Assembly: GCF_018350175.1 (NCBI RefSeq)
Contig: NC_058368.1
Coordinates: 112,160,001 to 112,224,000 of the forward strand
Length of the DNA stretch: 64,000 bases
Reading direction: 5' to 3'
From: Felis catus
Lineage: Eukaryota
The notes beneath the pieces are model-generated. The model worked only from the letters and a program-made list of their open reading frames with translations. It ran no database searches and was not told where the DNA came from. This document shows positions 25,601-37,620 of this stretch, in pieces (position 1 is the first letter of the stretch; each line of letters starts with the position of its first letter). The position numbers and the translations under genes were made by a program.

Positions 25601-25754
25601 TCAATGTGTTTTATGTTTTAATTAGAAAAATAATATCAACAGCCAGCATTTTTTGAACGCATACTCTGTGCAGCATTGTGACTGACCTCTCATCAGTGGC
25701 CTCAGCAATGCTCACAAACACCTAGAGGGGTGGGACCCATCATGACCACTTTTT

Positions 25755-25957
25755 TTTAATTATCATTTTTTTAATGTTTATTCATTTTTGAGAGGGGGAG
25801 GAGGGGCAGAGAAAGAAGGAGACCCAGAATCTGACACAGGCTCCAGGCTCGGAGCTGTCAGCGCAGAATCTGACACGGGGCTCAAACTCACGAGCTGTGA
25901 GATCATGACCTGAGCTGAAGTTCGACGCTTAACCGACTGAGCCACCCAGGTACCCCT
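25755..25957 (-). mobile_element. CAN-SINE inserted in a MIR
   Basis: Core sequence; TSD tgaccacttttt (25743-25754 / 25958-25969). Confidence 0.95.
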
Positions 25958-27912
25958 TGACCACTTTTTATCTGAGGGGTTACAGGGCCATTTAAATGGG
26001 GGAGATAGAACCTAAATTCTGTGGCCTGAGGCTTCACCCACCCTAACTGTGTCTCTCATTCTTACTTGGTTATCTCCATGTCCCCATCAGCATTTGTCCC
26101 CAGGCCTTGCAGGCACTTACAAAATTGGAATTCCTGGCATTGTCAAATACTGAGTGAACAAATGCGGGCCATCAGGCACGGTGCTGAGGCTGAGGAGAAG
26201 CAGTGAACAATATGGGGGCCACCCCGGGAGCCCACAGCCTGCAGAGGTCTACGCAGGCAGACATCTGGTCTCCTGGGCATATGCTGCCCCAGTATCCCCC
26301 CTGACCTGTAAGCCCAGTCTTAGGTTGTATTTTTCTGATTCCTTCCAAGGCTCCACCCTGGTTCCAGAGGGGGCCCTGGTTGGAAAGGCTTCCCTCGATG
26401 GCGCAGGTGCCCTTTTATCTTCACAGACACTGGTTCCAGAAGCAGGTCAAGGCACAGACCTCCTGTCAGAGAAAGAGAGGGTTCTGAAGCCCCCTCGGGC
26501 TCCGGGTGCACACCTGGGCCTTTGCATGGTCTCCTCATCTCAGGGGCTCTTGGGGAACGTTCCTGCCAGCAGCAACACACTGGATGCCGCCTGTGCATGT
26601 GTTGAGGCCCAGGGGCAGGGGGCCAGGCCTGCCCTGGCTTCCAAGTTTCTAAAGACAGGTTTGGTGCAGGTGGAGACATCATGGCCCCCATAAATCACAG
26701 GGCCTTAGGGAGCTTGCTTTCCTGCCTTGAAATCCACAGGCTGCTTTGCTGGGCTCTGTCCCACCTGGAATCTGGTGATAGGCATTCTTCCCTATCGTGT
26801 GCACAGAGTCTCCTGGAGACCTCAGCCCCCAGCACCAGCCCCGGCAGCAGTGAGCAGAGTCATGTCCACCTACCTCAGAGTTTGGGCCATTGGGCACCCC
26901 GTCAAGATATCCTCGTGACAGACCTCTGCTGCCTACTCTGCTCTACATGGCCCAGGCTGTGCCTCACTCTGCTCTTCCTGCACCTGTCTGGTTACGGGCA
27001 GTCAAAGACCTCAGCGACGTGGCTGAGGATGGCTTTGGCTGAGGTTCAACACCTTCACATCTGAGGGGACTTTCTCCTCATAACTGCCTCCACCCTGTTC
27101 TTACCTACTTTGGGATGTGAGTCAGCCTGACTGTCTGACCGGGGCACTTGGCGACCCGCAGGGAGCAGCATTTTGAGGGGCATAATCCCTATCGTCAACA
27201 CCATCCCACATAACATACATCTTGAGCACTAATTGCATATTACAGGGCTCTTTGCTGTGCATTTTGTCATTCAATCCCCATGTCATCCTATAAGGGACAT
27301 AGCAAGAGACTGTCATTCTCACGTGTAGAGGAGGAAACTGATCCCAAAACTTATGACAGGCTGGCCCATGTCTCATGGCGATCGATGTCTGAGCTGACTG
27401 TCAGTGGGACAGACAAGACAGCCCTGACTCCATGTTCCCTGGGCAGAGACTCACATGGTCCAGATCTGGGCATTGCTCATACCTATTTTTTTTATTGTGG
27501 CCAGGTAGGCTGTGTGGGGTGTTCCTCAGATGCATCCAAGAGAAGGAAGGCCCAGCAAGATGAGGAAGTCTGGTCCTGCCACTCATCCTTCACCCAAAAA
27601 CCAGGGTGATTGTTTTCTGCCCAAAAAACTGATCTGACCCTGTCACTTTCCTGCTTAAAGCCCTGTTGTGTACCAGGCACTGGGCTCTGTGCTTTATGTA
27701 TTTCTCTCTTTCATCCTCACAAAAGGCCCATGAGGTCAGTGTTAGGACTTCACACACTGATGAGAAGAATGAGCCTGGGGGTACAACAGTTACTAACTTG
27801 CTTCCATTCAGCCAGCAGTTGCTGGTTGGAATTTAATTCGAGATCTGGCTGCAAAGCCGAACCACACTGTGCTCTGCTTCTGGCTTAACATTTTTTTTCG
27901 CTCTAACCCATC

Positions 27913-28354
27913 TGTAGTGGTTGGTGTCCCCACCGCCCCCCTAAAAGATATGCCCCAGTCCTAACCCCTGGTAGCTGTGAATGTGACCTTATTTGGAAAC
28001 AGGGTCTTTGCAGAAGTAACCAAGTTGAGTCAGACTGGATTAGGGTGGGCCCTAAATCCCAGGACTGGGCTCCTCATAAAAAGGCATGTGAACACAGAGC
28101 CATGCAGGGAGAACACCGCATGACAATGGAGACGGAGATTGGAGTGATTTGTCTCTAACCCAAGGAATGCCAAGGGTTGGAGGCACCCACCAGAAGCTAG
28201 GAAGGCATGAGCAAGTATACTTCCCCTAGAATCTTCAGAGGGAGCATGGCCCTGCCAACATGTTGATTTTGAACTTCTAGCCTCCTGAACTGAGAGAGAA
28301 CAAATTTCTGTTGTTTTAAGCCACCCAGTTACACAGCCCTGGGAAAGCAATACA
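27913..28354 (+). mobile_element. MaLR solo LTR (MLT1C-like)
   Basis: TG...CA termini; tgtgaatgtgaccttatttggaaacagggtctttgcaga and ccaaggaatgccaagg...agggagcatggccctgcc blocks; exact 5-bp TSD ccatc (27908-27912 / 28355-28359). Confidence 0.93.
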
Positions 28355-28379
28355 CCATCTTACCATGGCAGTGGGAAGA

Positions 28380-28594
28380 GTCTGGACCACTCCAGGTGCT
28401 ATATTCCCCTCCCAGAGATTGTCAGTGCCCATCAGCATATGAATGGCTCTGAGAAGTCCCAAAGCCAGGAAATGGATTGAATATTTTTTAGCCAAGTATT
28501 TCCCAAACAAATGATCTAGGGACTCCTTTTCTCACAGAACACCTTTTGGCATCATGTGAAGCTAAAGCTCCAGGGAGCACACTTTGAGAACTGC
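28380..28594. mobile_element. hAT-Charlie relic
   Basis: ggctctgagaagtcc...tttcccaaac...acactttgagaactgc; subfamily uncertain. Confidence 0.55.
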
Positions 28595-29299
28595 CGTTAA
28601 ATGCCAAACAGGTGCCCTTGCCAGTTAACCCAGGGCTGATGACACGCAGGGCCCTTTTTAGGAAACTGCCTTCCTGATTGAACTGCCTGAGAATTTCCAT
28701 CACCCTGTCACCGGCACTTTGGAGGAAAAAAAAAAAAAAAGACATCAAGAAATTAATTATTATAGAAAGGGCTATGAAAATGCCATTCACAGCAGCGAAC
28801 AAGATGGCAATATTTAATATCGGACAGGGACCCATAGGCAAAAATAGCACAGGCAGATGTGCAGGCTTGTGCTGTTTCATCTAAAGTGTGAAAAAACATC
28901 AACTCTGAAATCTGGAGCAGCTCTGTGGGAACCATACGTTAGCTTCTGCAGAGGAATTTCCCCAAAGGCAAACCTGGAAACTTCAATCACTATTCAGGGA
29001 TGCTTTGGCTTGCCTCCACCTAGGAGCCAAGAATGTCTCAGAGATAACCACGCAAGGCAGCCCAGCCAGGCCTCCCTTTTGTTCCCGAAGGGCAAGGACC
29101 AACAGCTTCTCACCCTCTGCAGCTGCAGATACTAAGGCTGGGGGACAGATAAGCCACACCGTTGCTTACTCTGTGAGGAGCTGTTTCCATCCCCAGGCCC
29201 AGTGTGTTCTAACAAGCTGGGATGTTTGAAAACAAGGTGAAGTAATGCACCTGACATTCTGCTGCCCACAGTCTTCCCCACCACCCATCCCTGCCAGGT

Positions 29300-29560
29300 T
29301 AACTTCTCAGAAGTAATGTCCCTTCTTCCAGGAAGCCATCCCTGACTCTCTGGTCTATGGTGTCCCCCTGCTTTACTCTCCCTAAACACCCTGGACATCC
29401 TGCTTTGAGACACTGACACCACACTGTGATGTGCTAATGTCCGTCTCTGCCAGACTGTGGGGCTCTACGGGGATAGGATGGTCATATTCACCACTGTGTC
29501 CCCAGCGCCCAGCCCAGTATCTGGCCCAAGAGGGTGCCCAGAACATAGCTGATGAATGAA
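29300..29560. mobile_element. L2 3' fragment
   Basis: ttccaggaagccatccctgac...cagactgtggggctc...tattcaccactgtgtccccagcgcccagc...gatgaatgaa. Confidence 0.75.
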
Positions 29561-30069
29561 GTCTGTGCTTTTCCCTGGGTACCTCCTCAATCCCCACTGC
29601 CATGGCCATGAGCATCCTTTCTCTGTGTGTAAGCCCCACCACCAGCACCTGCCCCCTGCCCGCATTTGGGGGAAAATGGCCACACAATCACCAGCACCCA
29701 CGAGTGCCTTTCTGGTGATCAGCAAACAATGCCAGACTCAGTGTGTGGTGTTTACAGCCGGCTTCTGGTCTTGCAAAGATTTCCTTCCTGAGATGTGGCA
29801 ACTATCTCTATCAATTTGCAGCATTCAGTGAGTGTTACGGTTGTCACATTCATTTTGGACCTGGGTCAAAGTCCTGAAGGAGGCCTAGGTTTTAATGGTG
29901 GGCTTATGCACTGCTCTGAGCTGGGGAGGCTCATGGGCAGAGCAAACTCTACTGCAAACACAGAGGGCCAGGAGAAGGGCATGGGGGTTACACTATGGGG
30001 ATTTGCCAGGAACACATCTGCTGGGTGTGTGTTGGTGGCAAATCAGAAGGAGAGAAAGGTTGTTTTCTT

Positions 30070-30284
30070 TCTTTTTTTTTTTTAACGTTTATTTATTTTT
30101 GAGACAAAGAGAGACAGAGCATGAATGGGGGAAGGTCAGAGAGAGGGAGACACAGAATCTGAAACAGGCCCCAGGCTCTGAGTTGTCAGCACAGAGCCCG
30201 ACGTGGGGCTCGAACTCACGGACCGCGAGATCATGACCTGAGCCGAAGTTGGCCGCTCAACTGACTGAGCCACCCAGGTGCCCT
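30070..30284 (-). mobile_element. CAN-SINE (SINEC_Fc-type)
   Basis: Core sequence; TSD gagaaaggttgttttctt (30052-30069) / gagaaagattgttttctt (30285-30302). Confidence 0.97.
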
Positions 30285-30452
30285 GAGAAAGATTGTTTTC
30301 TTAACCCACTCAGCTTCTCATTGGCATCAGACACCCCACCCCAAGCTGCCCTTAATGAGAGCTAGTAGATTCTGGATTTGCTATCTAGAGGACAAGGCAC
30401 TTCTAACTCATCTTCCTCCAGGCTTTAGGCTTTCCAAAGGTCCTCATGCATT

Positions 30453-30671
30453 GGGGTGCCTTGGTGGCTCAGTCAGTTAAGCGTCTGACTTCGACTCGGG
30501 TTATGATCTCACAGTTCGTGAGTTTGAGGCCCCTGTCGGGCTCTGTGCTGACAGCTCAGAGCCTGGAGCCTGCTTCGGATTCTGTACCTCCCTCTCTCTC
30601 TGCTCCTCCCCTGCTCACACTGTCTCTCTCTCTTCCTCAAAAATAAATATTAAAAAAAAAAATGAAGAAGA
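30453..30671 (+). mobile_element. CAN-SINE (SINEC_Fc-type)
   Basis: Head with A-box-like ggtggctcagtcagttaag; flanking direct repeat caaaggtcctcatgcattgg (30435-30454 / 30672-30691). Confidence 0.97.
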
Positions 30672-30899
30672 CAAAGGTCCTCATGCATTGGCAACAACAT
30701 AGATTCTTTTAAAAAATATTGAATAACATGCGGGCAATATCTCCATTTTAAAAAGAGAGAACAGACCCAGAGTCATGTAGTTATTTGGGTAAATAGAGAC
30801 TCAGAACTTGTGACTTTCTGGTCAGTGCTATTTGGCCATTTACTCTAAGGGACACACATAAGGGCCAAATTGGATCAAAACTAGCTACTTTTTTTGTTT

Positions 30900-31130
30900 T
30901 TTTGTTTATTAAGTTCTGGTAGGTATGTGAAGAGCTGTATGTACATTATGTCATGTGATCCCTCTATCAATGCTTTCCAGCAGGTATTATTATGAGCCCA
31001 TTTTATAGGTAGGGAAACTGAGGCTCCGAAAAGTTAAATAACTTGCCCAACTTAATATGGCTAATAAATGGCAGACTCAGGATTCAAACCCAGTACTGGC
31101 CAGTGGCAAAGTTACAATCTTAACTGAGTT
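30900..31130 (-). mobile_element. MIR SINE
   Basis: cccattttataggtagggaaactgaggctccgaaaagttaaataacttgccca...ggattcaaaccca. Confidence 0.9.
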
Positions 31131-32174
31131 TCTAGCAACTTCCACATACTAGATAGTTCCCTGGTGTAGGGCAGACTGTAGTGTGCAGTCTGAGTTGACA
31201 TGGCAAACACCTTGACTGCTGCCCAGGTGTGGGGGACTAGGAGGACGACCAAGATTAGGCTTTGACATGGATGGGCATGGCCAGGATGGCTGCAGAGGAG
31301 CTGCGGGTGGGGGTGGGGGCAGGAGCATTCTTGTCTGGGGGAAGTTGACCTGGGCCTGGGAGGGACCAGCCAGTGTCTCGTGGGGCCTGACCGTGTAGCT
31401 AGGCTCTAGAATCCCTTCCTGTTAGAGCCACAGTCTATACTCAGGCCCTCGGGCCTGGACCCCCCGGTTCTGAGCTCCCGTATCAGGTTTGAGACCTGCA
31501 TTTCCTGGGTCTGACTCGCAGAGCGGCAGTCCCTACAGGGAGAGTAGCTGCCCTCATGACGGTCCCCATATTGCTGCTGTGGCTTTGTTGGGATGGCTGG
31601 CTTCACCATCCAGCAACGGAGGCCTTGGGCATGTTCTGTAGCTTCTAAGAGCTTTAGTTTCTTCATCCATAAAGTGGGAACGTTAATGCTTGTCCTACGA
31701 GTCACTGTGAGGAATCCGGTAAATATACAAGGCAATTGGTACACAGTAAATATTCCATACCTGTTAGCTTTGAAGATGATGATGATGATGGGGGCAGCAA
31801 TGACAATGCACGGGCTGTGTACCCGGCGGATCCCAGTCCATGCTAGGCTGCGTACCCGCATCATTCACTGCCCCAAACAGGACACAACAAAACTGCCTAG
31901 GCATGAGGCGGGCTGGGGTCATCCTTCTAGTTTTGCATCTGGGCTCTGGTGCCTACTTATCGTGTGAGTTTGAGCAAGTTACTTAGCCCCCCTGAGCCCA
32001 TCCGCTCAGAAGAGAGCTCGCCTACCACAGGAGGGCTGGGTCTGCTTTCCCCATAGATGGAGCTAGGCCTTCCCAGGGCATTGGGATGTCAGCAGCTCCT
32101 GAGGTTGGCTGGTCCTACAGACACATCCCATGTCCCAGCAGCGCCAAGGCAGAGGTGGCCTGGCTGGAGCACAG

Positions 32175-32176
<2 letters not shown>

Positions 32177-32214
<38 letters not shown>
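32177..32214. repeat. (GT)n microsatellite
   Basis: Uninterrupted GT run. Confidence 0.95.
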
Positions 32215-32216
<2 letters not shown>

Positions 32217-33339
32217 CCACTTTTGGCGTCCCACCTGTGTTCTCAGGAGTCACTCACCCTGCAACCGCTTTCTTTGAGCTTTCTTTGAACTCTCTTCCCG
32301 GCTGCTCATCTGGCCACCAGTCCAGCCCTTTCTTTTCAAAGAGAGCCTCCTGTCTGTGAGGTGCTCTGCCTTGAACCCAGACCCCCCTCCCCACCCAGCC
32401 TGGTACACCTGGCACCTGAGTAAATAGGGCCTTTCTGGTGCTTCTTCCCCAGGGCAGGGCCTGGCCCTAGGCCGGGCAGTCAGGACTGGGATGTGTGCTC
32501 TGAACTTCCTGGGGCCCTGGTGACTTGTGCCAGGCACTGGGGGTCCAAAGGCGATTCAGACCTTCTCTCTCCTGGGCTTGGCATTGGGGGGTGGTGTACA
32601 ACTGACCAAGAGCAGGATCTCTGTACTCACACAGACCTCAGTCCACCTGTTGGCTCTGCTACTCACTGGTGTGTGAGGTTGGACGAGGTACTCACATTCT
32701 TGTCGCCTCAGTTCCCCCTTCTGTGAGTTGGGTTAACGGTATTACCCACCTCAAAGGATCAATGGGAGCATAACATGCACTTGGCATAGGGCGTAGCACA
32801 CAACAGATATGCAGCATTGATCTACCACCATCAGTGCTTTGTTCTTACGGAGAGGCTTCTGATTTGTAAGAAGCTCACAGACCATCCCAGGGTGGCAAGG
32901 CCAGTGCTCCAGGGGAAGCAAGTGCTGGAGGCACGGGGGCACTAGAGGAGGGCTCTGAGAGCTGCCTGAATGCCCAGAAGGTGCCATGGGGATGAGACTT
33001 GAGAGAGGAGCTCCCAGGAGGATGAGAGGTGTAAGAGGCTCGGTCCCTTCCCTTAAGCTGCCGATGTGTGGCCATGTGTCACCTCCCCATATATGACAGG
33101 CAAGCCATGACAGATGTCATGTAGGGCAAGGGCAGCAACCTCTTTGCACTTCAATGATCAGGAAAGGTTTCAGGAGAGAAGTCAATGTGTGATGGATTCT
33201 GAAATAGTGACAGCCTGCGATCTGATGCCCCCCCTAGTCACCATTCTTGCTCCCTCTCTGTCTTTTCCTCACTTCAGACTACAGTGGTTATTGCATTCCT
33301 CTCTCCCCAGTCACAGTGAGCTCCCACAAGACCTTAGAG

Positions 33340-33830
33340 GACTTGCGTGGTACCCCCAACCCAGCCCACCCCCATATCGCAGTGCCTGCCCCTCGCTCCT
33401 GCTTGTTGCACTTCAGCCATTGTGGCCTCCCTGTGGTTTCTCATATACTCCCAAGCAAGCCCTGCCTCAGGGCCTTTGCACTTGCCGTTCCCACTGCTGG
33501 AGCACTTCCGTGAGAAGCCCTTATGGTTCATTGCTTCCCTTCACTCAAGTTCCTGCTCCAATATCACCTCTTCAGAGAGGCTTGTCATGACCCCATAGGT
33601 AAAGCAGCCTCTCTTTCCTAACATCCTGGTTTCCTGTCTTCCAGCTTTTATCAGTCTGAAATGACCTCAAGCGTTTGTTCATGTGTTTACTGTCTGTTTC
33701 CCCAAGGTAGTGTGTGAGCTCATGAAGGCAGGCACCATATCTGGTCTTGTTGAATCCTGGGCCCTGGTGCTTGGCACGGAGCAGGCTTCCTGGTAGGAGG
33801 ACAGTTAATATGTGAGTGGCAGTGGATGGG
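33340..33830. mobile_element. L2 3' fragment
   Basis: cctgcctcagggcctttgcacttgccgttccc...atatcacctcttcagagaggc...gtgagctcatgaaggcagg. Confidence 0.85.
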
Positions 33831-34004
33831 CGCAGGCAGTTGAGGCGTCCCTGCCTCAGGCTGCACATGAGGAAAGAAGGAAACATGGGACCCTGCAGCT
33901 GTGACATCCCTCCCCTGTTGGCTTCGTGCCATTGGGACACGGCCCCACAGCCTCCCAGGCAGCAGGAACTGTGCAAAGGAGTATAAATTATATCCAAGGG
34001 TCCC

Positions 34005-34230
34005 TTTTTTGATTTTTAACTTTTTATTACAGAAACTTCCAGACATCTGCAAAAGTAGAGAAAAGAGTATAATCTGTACCATCACATATCACCCAGCTGC
34101 AGCAGTGATCAACTCCTGGCCCATCTTGTTTCGTGTATTCTGCACACACAGCCCAGTCCCCACCCCCCGCAAGGGTTATCCTGAGGCAAATCCATGGGCC
34201 CTCCTTTCGTGTAGAGAGCTTAGAAATACT
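34005..34230 (-). mobile_element. L1MC-like 3' end
   Basis: ttattacagaaacttccagacatctgcaaaagtagagaaaagagtataat...cacccagct. Confidence 0.7.
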
Positions 34231-35284
34231 TCCTGGCAAGTGTGTTCCTTCACTTCCTCCCCCAGGAATCCCAAGTGCTCCTGCTGACTCTCCCCAGTCA
34301 GAACTAGCTCCCAGCAGGGCTCTACGAGATACAGTCCCATAGAGGTGTCATCGACTGAGATTTGCTCGGTCCTGGGTGGTGCTGTCATCCAGAGTCTGTA
34401 TTGCAAGGGCGGGTGTCAGGCCCTGCCCCAGCCAGGCAGAGATGGCCAACCCATCCCAGGGCAATGTGGCCACGGCCGGTTTAGAGCCTGGGACACGACT
34501 GCTTTCGTTCTCCGAGGTTGGTGCCCTGTAGGGAATGGCTATGGGCAACGGCAAAGACGTTTGCTGTGAGCTGTTCCAGATGTGAGCTGGGGCCAGGGAG
34601 AGCCCAAGTGTCTCCAGAATCACTCCTAATGACTTCTGGTGGAAAAACCCATTTGAGGGAGGGAAGGGAGACAGAGAGAGAGACAGAGAGAGAGAGAATG
34701 CCCGCAGGCTGTGAAGGCCAGCGTGGTGGGCAAGTGTGGGCTGTCCCTGGTAGCAGCTGTGGCCAGATGCACCCATGGAGCAACCCCCTTCCCTTCCCAT
34801 CTAACATATGACATTTACTTTGTTTCATGTTCATCAAGTGCCTTTTCACCGGACAGTGTTTTCATTTATTTAGGTTCATGGCTGTCCTGCCAAGGTGATT
34901 TTATTATTATAAAATGTGGGAAAGTATTTTAGGAAGAAAATAATGCAAAACAGATTTGGTGCACATACTGAAAATTGTTGTAAAATTGAGATCTCAACCA
35001 GCTCTTTTCCTGACAGTCAAAGAAAGGTCCTTGCCACCTGCTTCGGGGCCCCAGTCCCCAGGGGCCCGGCTGCCCGCCGAGCCTGCCGAGAGGGGGGACT
35101 CACCGGCTTCTGGGGAAGGAGTTGGAATCAGAGTCTGGACTCCTCAGCCCTAGGCTCTTGGGCCAATGCCTCAAACTCTACCCAAGTTCTAGACCAACTC
35201 TCTGGCCAGGTTTTCCAGTAAGTTTTGTGGCGAGTCATGAGAAGACCCCAGTCCGAGGCTCATTCTTAACCCATAAGTACTGAC

Positions 35285-35461
35285 TCGCAACTTTTAGTGA
35301 ACAGAAGAATCGCCAGAGAGCTTGATACAAATCCGGAGTCCTGGCCCCTCTCCCCCAAACATCATGACTCAGAAGGGACGGTGTCTTGGAATCTGCATTT
35401 TAATAAACCGGCCAGGGTGCTTTGGAAGCAGGGGGATCTGGACTGTATTTCAGAGGCACCG
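35285..35461. mobile_element. MER5-like (hAT-Charlie) relic
   Basis: agaatcgccagagagcttg...ggaatctgcattttaataaac. Confidence 0.65.
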
Positions 35462-35709
35462 CTATGCTGAGAGGTGTAGTCAAATGGTTATAGGGTGGTT
35501 TAAATGAAAATGATAATAGGTACCTAATATGTTTCCTGTGGGTTACCTAAGATAATACCTTAGAAGCACAGCACAATGTCAGGTACGTTGTAAGTGCCTG
35601 GCTCATGCTGGTTGCTATTATTATTGCTTCTATTTCCTTCCATGCCTCAGCTGCACATCTCCCTCCCACAACATATATTGTCCCCAAGAACACTATCAAC
35701 GGGATCACT

Positions 35710-35885
35710 GTATTTAAAAAAAAAAAAGTATTGATTTGAAGCATTTACCAGTTTCTCTGGTGTAAATGCTCCCACCATGGCTGATTTAAAGCTCATACTG
35801 TGATGACATCGAACATGGAATTGGGAAGAGATGTGCACAACTGGCCAGGATGGGCTGCTCCAAGCTGGTACCAGTGCCCCAGCAG
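35710..35885 (-). mobile_element. MER63-like (hAT-Blackjack) relic
   Basis: ggtgtaaatgctcccaccatggctgatttaaagct...ttgggaagagatg; reverse complement of the element at 62341-62543. Confidence 0.7.
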
Positions 35886-36809
35886 AAAGTCCCTCTTCCC
35901 TGTGAGATCCTGAGTGTATGTCATTGTCTCAGCTGGGGCTGATAAATGCAGAGGGCTGAGGGCAGAGTCCCAGGTAATTGCTACCTCCTGCTGCAAGGGG
36001 AGGCTGTTTTTTGCACAGTTTTGTTACCCGTGTGTACTCCTAGCTAATGCAGGAATGGGAATCGTAGCCTCGAATTACCGGCATTGGGAATCCAGAGAAG
36101 AAATGATTATCAAAGGGCAGGGATGGCCCCAACATGCTAATTTTTACCATTTGCCACGGACCGCGTGAAAGGGTGCAAGGCCTCTGTTGTTTCCTTGCAG
36201 GTTCTGCTTTTGTTTTGGATTGATCGCTGAGAAAAGCAGGCTTCTGCCGAGGAACAGGTGTGGGTCTTGGAGCCAGACAGTTTGGGATCATATCCCAGGA
36301 CTGCCATGTGACAATAGTGTGACCTTGGTGCAAGTTAGCCAGCCTCCCTGGTGCTTCGTTTGCCCCTCTGACAAGTGGGTGTATTTGTGGATATGTTGCA
36401 GACTGTGGTGAGACACAGACGTAACACACATCGTGTGCCTAGGATAGGGCCTGGCAGAGAAGCACGGCTCCGAGAAGGGGCACCAAGTTATGGCTAATCC
36501 TGGCATGCCCCCGTGGCTTTTCGGAAGCTGTCCTTCATCCAAGAGTTTAGAAGCTCGGTGAGAATCCAGCCTCACTCGTACGGATGAGAAGGAGAGGTCA
36601 TTTCTGTCATGGCAAGTTTCATTTCCTCCTCGAAGAGACATTTTCGACACAAAGAAATATTAAGTTCTTTCCTATTATTCCAGCATGTGAAAGAAGCTGG
36701 ATGGATTATTTTTTTCTTTTGCCAAGTTTGGAGGAATCTTTGGAACGCTTTGATTTAAAAACATAAGTGGTTACATGCCATTTAGAGGCCTGGCTGTAAA
36801 ATATGACCG

Positions 36810-37003
36810 TCTTTGAGATGGTGGAGCCACACGGTGGAAGGACCCAGAATGCCGCCATTCCCGCTGGAGGAGAGCTGGCTGGCTGATCAGGGGTCCACTG
36901 TGGACTTTCTGTGAGGGGGAAATAAACCTGCTGTGTCATAAGCCTTTGAGGTTTGAGATATTGCTGCTACAGCAACTAGCCTTAGCCAACCCTGACTAAT
37001 ACA
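36810..37003 (+). mobile_element. MaLR LTR 3' part (MLT1J-like)
   Basis: gatggtggagccaca...gaaataaac...ttagccaaccctgactaataca terminus. Confidence 0.75.
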
Positions 37004-37398
37004 CTCCCATTACGCAAACACTTTGAGAAGCTGGGTACCACCCAGGGAGATGGTCAGGTATAGTCCAGAGAAGCTCCCGGGTCACTGCCGTTGTCTTTGA
37101 CATAGAGCAGCTGTGAGAAGACCCCGACGGAAAAGACGATTAGCGGAGTCAAATATGAACCTCACCTTGGCAGGCACAGGGCACAAGTCTGCGTTGCAGA
37201 TGCTTTTCCTGTGGACGGCTCTATGTGTCAAGGTCTCTTCACTGTCCTGTGCCCCCTCCTACCCTTCACTCCAGGGGAAGTCAAGGTGGCAGAGACGAGG
37301 CTCAAGTGGAGTTGATGATACTCAGCTCAGTGTGGATATGATTGTCCCCAGCCTGTGGGGAATTGCAGCCCTCTCCAGGGCCCTGCCTCACCTGTTAC

Positions 37399-37620
37399 CT
37401 TTTTAAAAAAATTTTTTTAAATGTTTTTATTTATTTTTGAGAGAGAGACACAGTACAAGTGGGAGAGGGGCAGAGAGAGAGACACACACAGATTCCGAAG
37501 CAGGCTCCAGGCTCTGAGCTGTCAGCACAGAGCCCAACATGGGGCTCGAACTTACGAACCATGAGCTCATGACCTGAGCTGAAGTCGGACATCTAGCTGA
37601 CTGAGCCACCCAGGTGCCCC
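37399..37620 (-). mobile_element. CAN-SINE (SINEC_Fc-type)
   Basis: Core sequence; TSD cctcacctgttac (37386-37398 / 37619-37631). Confidence 0.96.

Noticed and set aside
30446..30646. Recurrent short ORFs of the WVAQSVKRPTSAQVMIS...LEPASDSVSP type across the window
   Set aside because: These are translations of CAN-SINE sequence, not a gene family.
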